Made by a program: the position numbers and the translations under genes | Origin: an uncultured virus (IMG/VR IMGVR_UViG_3300029953_000019) | Taxonomy: Duplodnaviria > Heunggongvirae > Uroviricota > Caudoviricetes | Virus record (IMG/VR): IMGVR_UViG_3300029953_000019 | Direction: 5' to 3' (one strand) | Length of the DNA stretch: 64,000 bases | Part shown: positions 59,134-64,000 of the stretch, in pieces | How positions within the stretch are numbered: the stretch's first letter is position 1 | Layout: every line of letters begins with the position of its first letter | The notes under the pieces: generated by a model | Seen by the model: only the letters and a program-made list of their open reading frames with translations | Databases searched by the model: none | Told to the model about the DNA's origin: nothing

Positions 59134-59499
59134 TTAAATTACAGTAATAAATTCATTGCTGAAGTTATCTGTGGTAGATCTCAATGTAGTTATAGCACTA
59201 GTAATTCTAGTAACCATTGTAGTTCTATATAAGTCTAGATTAGCCTCTACAGTAACATCAAATGGTACAGTTCCTGAGAATGAAATACAGACTGGGAAAT
59301 CGTTAGGGAAGTCATAGTAATTACTAGGCATAGTATACATTTGAGTTCCATTAGTAAAAGAGCCACCAAAATCTATACTAGGTTGCCCAAATTTCCTGAC
59401 TAACAAATAATCTGTATCACTAATGCTTTCAGGATCAATAGTGAATAGAAACTTAAAGTTATCATTTACTATTTGTTGTTGTACTCTTAGTTTAGCCAT
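59134..59499 (-). CDS. Hypothetical (virion?) protein
   Basis: 121-aa ORF. Confidence 0.65.
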   Translation of the reverse strand: MAKLRVQQQIVNDNFKFLFTIDPESISDTDYLLVRKFGQPSIDFGGSFTNGTQMYTMPSNYYDFPNDFPVCISFSGTVPFDVTVEANLDLYRTTMVTRITSAITTLRSTTDNFSNEFITVI

Positions 59500-59535
59500 A
59501 AATTTGTTATATAGTTAAGAAGCACTCTTCTTTCA

Positions 59536-60927
59536 TTATTCCCCTGCTACTGGATTAGGAGGCGGTTGTAGTCCTCTTTGTAGTTGATGTTGCTTAAATA
59601 AACCTGTATTCGCCTTAATTAAGTCAGCTGCCTCAAATGGTGAAATGGCCTGACTCGCACCAGCTTGTCTAAGGAATGCTCTAGTAATTTCCTTCTCACT
59701 ACTTAATTCTGGAGCAATTCTAAGCATTTGTTGGTAAGCATCTACTACATGATGAGTAGGAAACTTACTTATAATAGGATCAGTAGCTACAAGTTCTTGT
59801 AGTAATAATGCTCTATCCCTGTTCGCTTCAGGAGTATTAGTACTGGCACTCAATTCTGGTTTACCTTGTTTATCCTTATAACCTGAAAAGCTTTTAGTTA
59901 TATTCATGAGGTCAATTGCAGACTTAATTCTACTATCAAACTCCTCCTCTACCGCAGCTTTCTTTTCAGCAATACAAGTCATAACCGGATCTTCAGGGTC
60001 AGCCTTGGCAATCTTACTTCTTTCTGCCTTGATAGATGCATCGACCTGGGCTAACAAAGAATCAGTATCTGCTATCTTTTCTATATCTTGTTTAAACAAT
60101 CCTTTAAAATAACTCTGTTCAAAATTAAGGTTATAGGCTGCATCTTCTGACTTTACGGTAGCTTCTTTAAGATATGTTACACTATTAATAAACTTATCAT
60201 ATAGTTCAGTTTCATTACATAGTGCAGCTAATTTAATGTTGGAATCATGAACACCTCTTTCTTCTTTTAGATTAGAGGTTTTATATAACAAATCCAAATA
60301 TCCATTACTAGCATTACCATACTTACTAAATACGCTAGTTTCAAATTCATGCCAGGCAGATCTACAATCATTACTCTCAGCGAATTTTCTAAGTATATTG
60401 CAGAAGTTTTTATTTACTTCAAATTCAGCATCTAATCTATCTGCTTCAGCATCATAGGCTTGTTTTTGTAATTTACTAATATATTTTACACTCTTATCAT
60501 AAGCACCAGATTTACTTAATTCATTTTTACCTACATCTTCAGTAAGTATTAGTTTAGCATAAGCTTCTTTATAAGGTCCTGGCTCCAAATATCTTGCAAA
60601 TTTAGGAGCAGTTTCTTGGATTTGAAAAGAAGAGAATAGTTCTGATTCCAATTCTGAGGCAGTCTTTTCTTTTCCGCTATATATATCTTCAGCAACTTTG
60701 GCTGCATCAACTATGGGAAAATCATCAGCTTTTGAGTCTGGATGCTTCTTAAAGTGATCATAGTGCAAAGCTACATTAATAGCTTCACAACTACGCTTAA
60801 TAAAGTTATGATTAAGTTCCAGTGATTTAGCAACCTTAGTAGCTGCTTCTTGAGGTGGAGTACCAGTATTTATCTCAGTAACTATCTCATGGACTGCAAA
60901 TTTTACCAATTCTTCAGGTGTGCGCAT
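59536..60927 (-). CDS. Head-region helical protein with KxA sites
   Basis: 463-aa ORF; KFA, KQA, KLA, KIA, KSA. Confidence 0.7.
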   Translation of the reverse strand: MRTPEELVKFAVHEIVTEINTGTPPQEAATKVAKSLELNHNFIKRSCEAINVALHYDHFKKHPDSKADDFPIVDAAKVAEDIYSGKEKTASELESELFSSFQIQETAPKFARYLEPGPYKEAYAKLILTEDVGKNELSKSGAYDKSVKYISKLQKQAYDAEADRLDAEFEVNKNFCNILRKFAESNDCRSAWHEFETSVFSKYGNASNGYLDLLYKTSNLKEERGVHDSNIKLAALCNETELYDKFINSVTYLKEATVKSEDAAYNLNFEQSYFKGLFKQDIEKIADTDSLLAQVDASIKAERSKIAKADPEDPVMTCIAEKKAAVEEEFDSRIKSAIDLMNITKSFSGYKDKQGKPELSASTNTPEANRDRALLLQELVATDPIISKFPTHHVVDAYQQMLRIAPELSSEKEITRAFLRQAGASQAISPFEAADLIKANTGLFKQHQLQRGLQPPPNPVAGE

Positions 60928-60979
60928 AAAAGTGTTTGTTATATCTATATTAATATGTTATATAATTCTAGTCAATTCA

Positions 60980-62050
60980 TTAAGGCTTTACCTCCAACAC
61001 ATCTACATATGAAGGATATTTGCCTGGATTCTCTAATAACATCATTTCTCTTAAGTTTTCCATTAAAGTATTATCTTCTACGGTAAGACTTACAGTTTCA
61101 TTGATACCCAACTCTTTTTCTATTCTTTGAGCATTCAACCTCATTACTGCAGCCCTTTGTTCAAGTTCAAGTCTGTGTAGATTAGCATTAACATAACCTA
61201 CTACAGAATTATTAAAGATAACTGATTCTTTAAGACTAGTTATGGCAAATCTCTGATCCATTAAGTTATCCACACCTGCTCCAGCTAAATAAGACTTAAC
61301 CTCATCCCTTTCATCTTCAGTTAATACTTGATGTCCCAATATACTTCTTAAACCCAGTTCTCCTAAATCATAAATACGCTTAAATGCATGATAATCAGCA
61401 TCATCTATCTCTTTATTATTGGCTAATTGTCTTAAGCAACTATATTGAACTAACTTATCTTTAGGCCAGCCAGAATAGTCAAAGAATATTAATCTTAAAG
61501 CTTCTATGAATTTAACTGGCTTATACCATTGTTTAGCTAGTTCTATATCTGTTTTATTACCATATATACTATAATTTAACCATTTACAATTAGTCTCATT
61601 AGTCTTGGTTTTATAGAACTTTATAGCTTCTGAAATATACTCATTAGCTTCATAGTTATAGCAATGAAAGATAAGTTTTTGAACATAATCGTCATTAATC
61701 TTTTTAACCTTATTAATGTTCCAGTTAATCATCCCTGCCCGGTTATTATTGAAAGTAACTTTTCTAACCCTATTATTAAAGTATCTTTTATCCCAAACTT
61801 TTATAAGTTGTTGATAAAGTAAGGCTGGAAGCTTGTTATATAATTGTTTAATATATATAGGTAGATCATAAGAATCTACAGGAACGATACCATTAGAAAT
61901 TAAACGCTTTAAATTGCCTGAGTTAACACCGGGCTGGGAACAGAACTTTTCAAATCCAAATCGTTCAGGGTAAAAAGCTAATTGATATCTCCAGGAAGGG
62001 GATTGAAACTGAGTCCCCATCTTGCTGATTGGAACTATAGGTAAAAGCAT
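60980..62050 (-). CDS. Hypothetical protein
   Basis: 356-aa ORF. Confidence 0.7.
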   Translation of the reverse strand: MLLPIVPISKMGTQFQSPSWRYQLAFYPERFGFEKFCSQPGVNSGNLKRLISNGIVPVDSYDLPIYIKQLYNKLPALLYQQLIKVWDKRYFNNRVRKVTFNNNRAGMINWNINKVKKINDDYVQKLIFHCYNYEANEYISEAIKFYKTKTNETNCKWLNYSIYGNKTDIELAKQWYKPVKFIEALRLIFFDYSGWPKDKLVQYSCLRQLANNKEIDDADYHAFKRIYDLGELGLRSILGHQVLTEDERDEVKSYLAGAGVDNLMDQRFAITSLKESVIFNNSVVGYVNANLHRLELEQRAAVMRLNAQRIEKELGINETVSLTVEDNTLMENLREMMLLENPGKYPSYVDVLEVKP

Positions 62051-62073
62051 GATTACTATCTGATTCCATCTAA

Positions 62074-62361
62074 TTAAATACTAAATGGTTTATTATTTAG
62101 ATTTGGAACTACTCCCGGTACTTGAGATATTGGATTTTGTTGTCTGAACTGGGAGAGTAATTGGTAGAAAGGGAGTTGTTGTGCTCCTGATTGATTTTGT
62201 GGTTGTGAAGGTTGAGCTGGTCTAGTAGCTTGAGGTCCTGGTTGATTCATTGCAGGGTTAGGTTGTGACATATTACTCATTGCACCTAAAGCCGGAATTT
62301 GACCACCTTCTCCTAACGCTGCTTTTATAAAACCATTAATATATGCATCTTCTATTGTCAT
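62074..62361 (-). CDS. GFxKxA-motif Gln/Pro-rich protein
   Basis: MTIEDAYINGFIKAA; ATG at 62361. Confidence 0.65.
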   Translation of the reverse strand: MTIEDAYINGFIKAALGEGGQIPALGAMSNMSQPNPAMNQPGPQATRPAQPSQPQNQSGAQQLPFYQLLSQFRQQNPISQVPGVVPNLNNKPFSI

Positions 62362-62362
62362 A

Positions 62363-64000
62363 TTATATATCATTTTTAGATTGGTCATTAGAATTGATAT
62401 CCATATTTGGCATCTGTTTTTTTAGGAAGATTACCAGATCTCCTAAATTATTAAATACATTTTTAACTAATTCAATTAGTTCTGGAAGTTGATCTTTGCC
62501 GAACAATTCATCAAATTCATCAGTATTCCAATAAGTTAAAAACAACATTTTACCAAGTTTATCTAGAGCCGATACAAAGTTAGGCACGTATTCCTGTATT
62601 TTATCTCCAGAATTAGTATATTTAGCCAATGCACCAATAGTCTGGGTATCGAATATTTCTTTTTGTCCTTGTTGAGCTAATTGAACTGCATGATTGATTG
62701 TACCGTCTAATTGTGCTTCATCAGGCTTAACCCCCAAACCTTGCTGTGTAGGATCTTTGGTATACCCATCACTACAATCATGCTGGTCTACCCAAGGAAT
62801 GCCATAATAAGTAGGTTGCCCAGCTTCATTACTTTCCGGAGTTTCATCTTGTAGAGTTAAAGTATGGTCACCTAACACAGATATTTTAACCATTCCTTCT
62901 CTTTTCTTATTAGGAATTAGGTCAGCCAAAACTGCCTCTGCATCCTTTTCTCTCAATCCAATATCAGTAACCATTGCAATTTTAGCTTCAAGTGGATTTG
63001 CATAAGTTACTTTTGCGCCAGCTACATTAAGGAAGAAGTCACTACCATTTGTGTGTAAAGTTAACGGGAAAGTATTGTTCTCTCTAAGGAAACTAGTTAG
63101 ATAACATAGACCACCAGGTTTGCCAGACTTGATTTCAGACTGCTGTTTCTGACCCTCCATTCTCTGTTTATCTTGTTGTGTCTTGGAAGCAGAATAATCT
63201 ATGTCAGGACGATAATAAGAACTTAAATGTATTTTAAGCAATTTGAATCCTTTAGGAACATAGACAGCCTTATTACGATGTTCTAGTTTATCCCCTGGTT
63301 TTTTAGTAAGTACCAATATTGTTTCGCCATTGTCTTTCTTCCTAGGTTCACCACAGTTATAAGCTTTTTTAGCTTCATTATACCAGGTAGGTTCAATTTT
63401 AAGCCTTCTAATACCAGAACCATCTTTATAGTTCTCAATGATTCTAAAAGGTTCAGTAGCTTTAAGATTCTCATTCAATAATACATAGTCATCATAGCTA
63501 GGCAAGGCTTCAGCTAATTCCTCCAAATTCTTCATAGCCTCACTTATATCTTTAACTACTATTTGGTCCTTAATAAATATATCCTTTACATTGCAATCAT
63601 AGGCCTGTCCCGGTCTAGCTGCTTGTAAATCTATAACCAAGGCTTTATCATGACCATAACCAGGTATTAATGATTCAACACTAGTTAATACTAACCCATA
63701 TCTAATAGTACCTAACTCAGTTATATATGGATAAAAACCAGTTTGTACAGGGTTGCTAAACTGCTCAGTAAACTTAAAGATACCAACTTCAGATATCTCT
63801 TCCTTCATTCTATTATCTACAATAGAAATTCCTTTAGTAACCAGTTCTTTCTTAGTATGTTCAGACAAATCTTTAAAGTTAGTTTCGGTATCAAAGTCTA
63901 TTACCTTTAATTTCTTAGGTTTAGCTTCTTTTACAATAGCTGGAACAGTCAAAGCTTCAGCAATTGCATTATCAGAATAGAATGTCCTGACAGCATCAGT
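62363..64000 (-). CDS. Large head-region protein, 5' end outside the window
   Basis: Frame stays open from 63952 to the window edge. Confidence 0.7.
   Translation of the reverse strand, partial: TDAVRTFYSDNAIAEALTVPAIVKEAKPKKLKVIDFDTETNFKDLSEHTKKELVTKGISIVDNRMKEEISEVGIFKFTEQFSNPVQTGFYPYITELGTIRYGLVLTSVESLIPGYGHDKALVIDLQAARPGQAYDCNVKDIFIKDQIVVKDISEAMKNLEELAEALPSYDDYVLLNENLKATEPFRIIENYKDGSGIRRLKIEPTWYNEAKKAYNCGEPRKKDNGETILVLTKKPGDKLEHRNKAVYVPKGFKLLKIHLSSYYRPDIDYSASKTQQDKQRMEGQKQQSEIKSGKPGGLCYLTSFLRENNTFPLTLHTNGSDFFLNVAGAKVTYANPLEAKIAMVTDIGLREKDAEAVLADLIPNKKREGMVKISVLGDHTLTLQDETPESNEAGQPTYYGIPWVDQHDCSDGYTKDPTQQGLGVKPDEAQLDGTINHAVQLAQQGQKEIFDTQTIGALAKYTNSGDKIQEYVPNFVSALDKLGKMLFLTYWNTDEFDELFGKDQLPELIELVKNVFNNLGDLVIFLKKQMPNMDINSNDQSKNDI

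Noticed and set aside
62363..64000. Portal or terminase assignment for the truncated ORF
   Set aside because: No recognisable motifs in the visible part.
1..64000. Stop-codon reassignment
   Set aside because: Genes are long and densely packed under the standard code.

Overview
AT-rich segment of a large (jumbo-type) contractile-tailed dsDNA phage; no rRNA, tRNA or CRISPR array was recognised. Positions 1-7.9 kb (+) hold a translationally coupled accessory array. It contains nine mosaic paralogs of a Cys-rich (Cxx)n protein and three members of a second small family; all twelve end in the same R-[RKL]-L-[ED]-x-[DE]-L-stop tag. Untagged cargo genes lie between them: a macrodomain, a CX5R phosphatase, an outer-membrane-like protein and an SGNH hydrolase. 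Positions 7.9-17 kb (+) encode virion/fibre-like proteins, including three large tailspike-like proteins that unexpectedly carry signal peptides, two with GC-rich swapped modules. Positions 17.4-64 kb (-) form the morphogenesis cluster: baseplate (with five tandem paralogs), a sigma factor, tape measure, a tail chaperone with a -1 frameshift signal, tube, sheath, neck, major capsid, scaffold, and an intein-containing prohead protease. That cluster also has several free-standing endonucleases, a LigD-like phosphoesterase-ligase, and a family of K-x-A / GFxKxA-motif head proteins. Product calls rest on motifs and gene order read by eye; no database searches were run.
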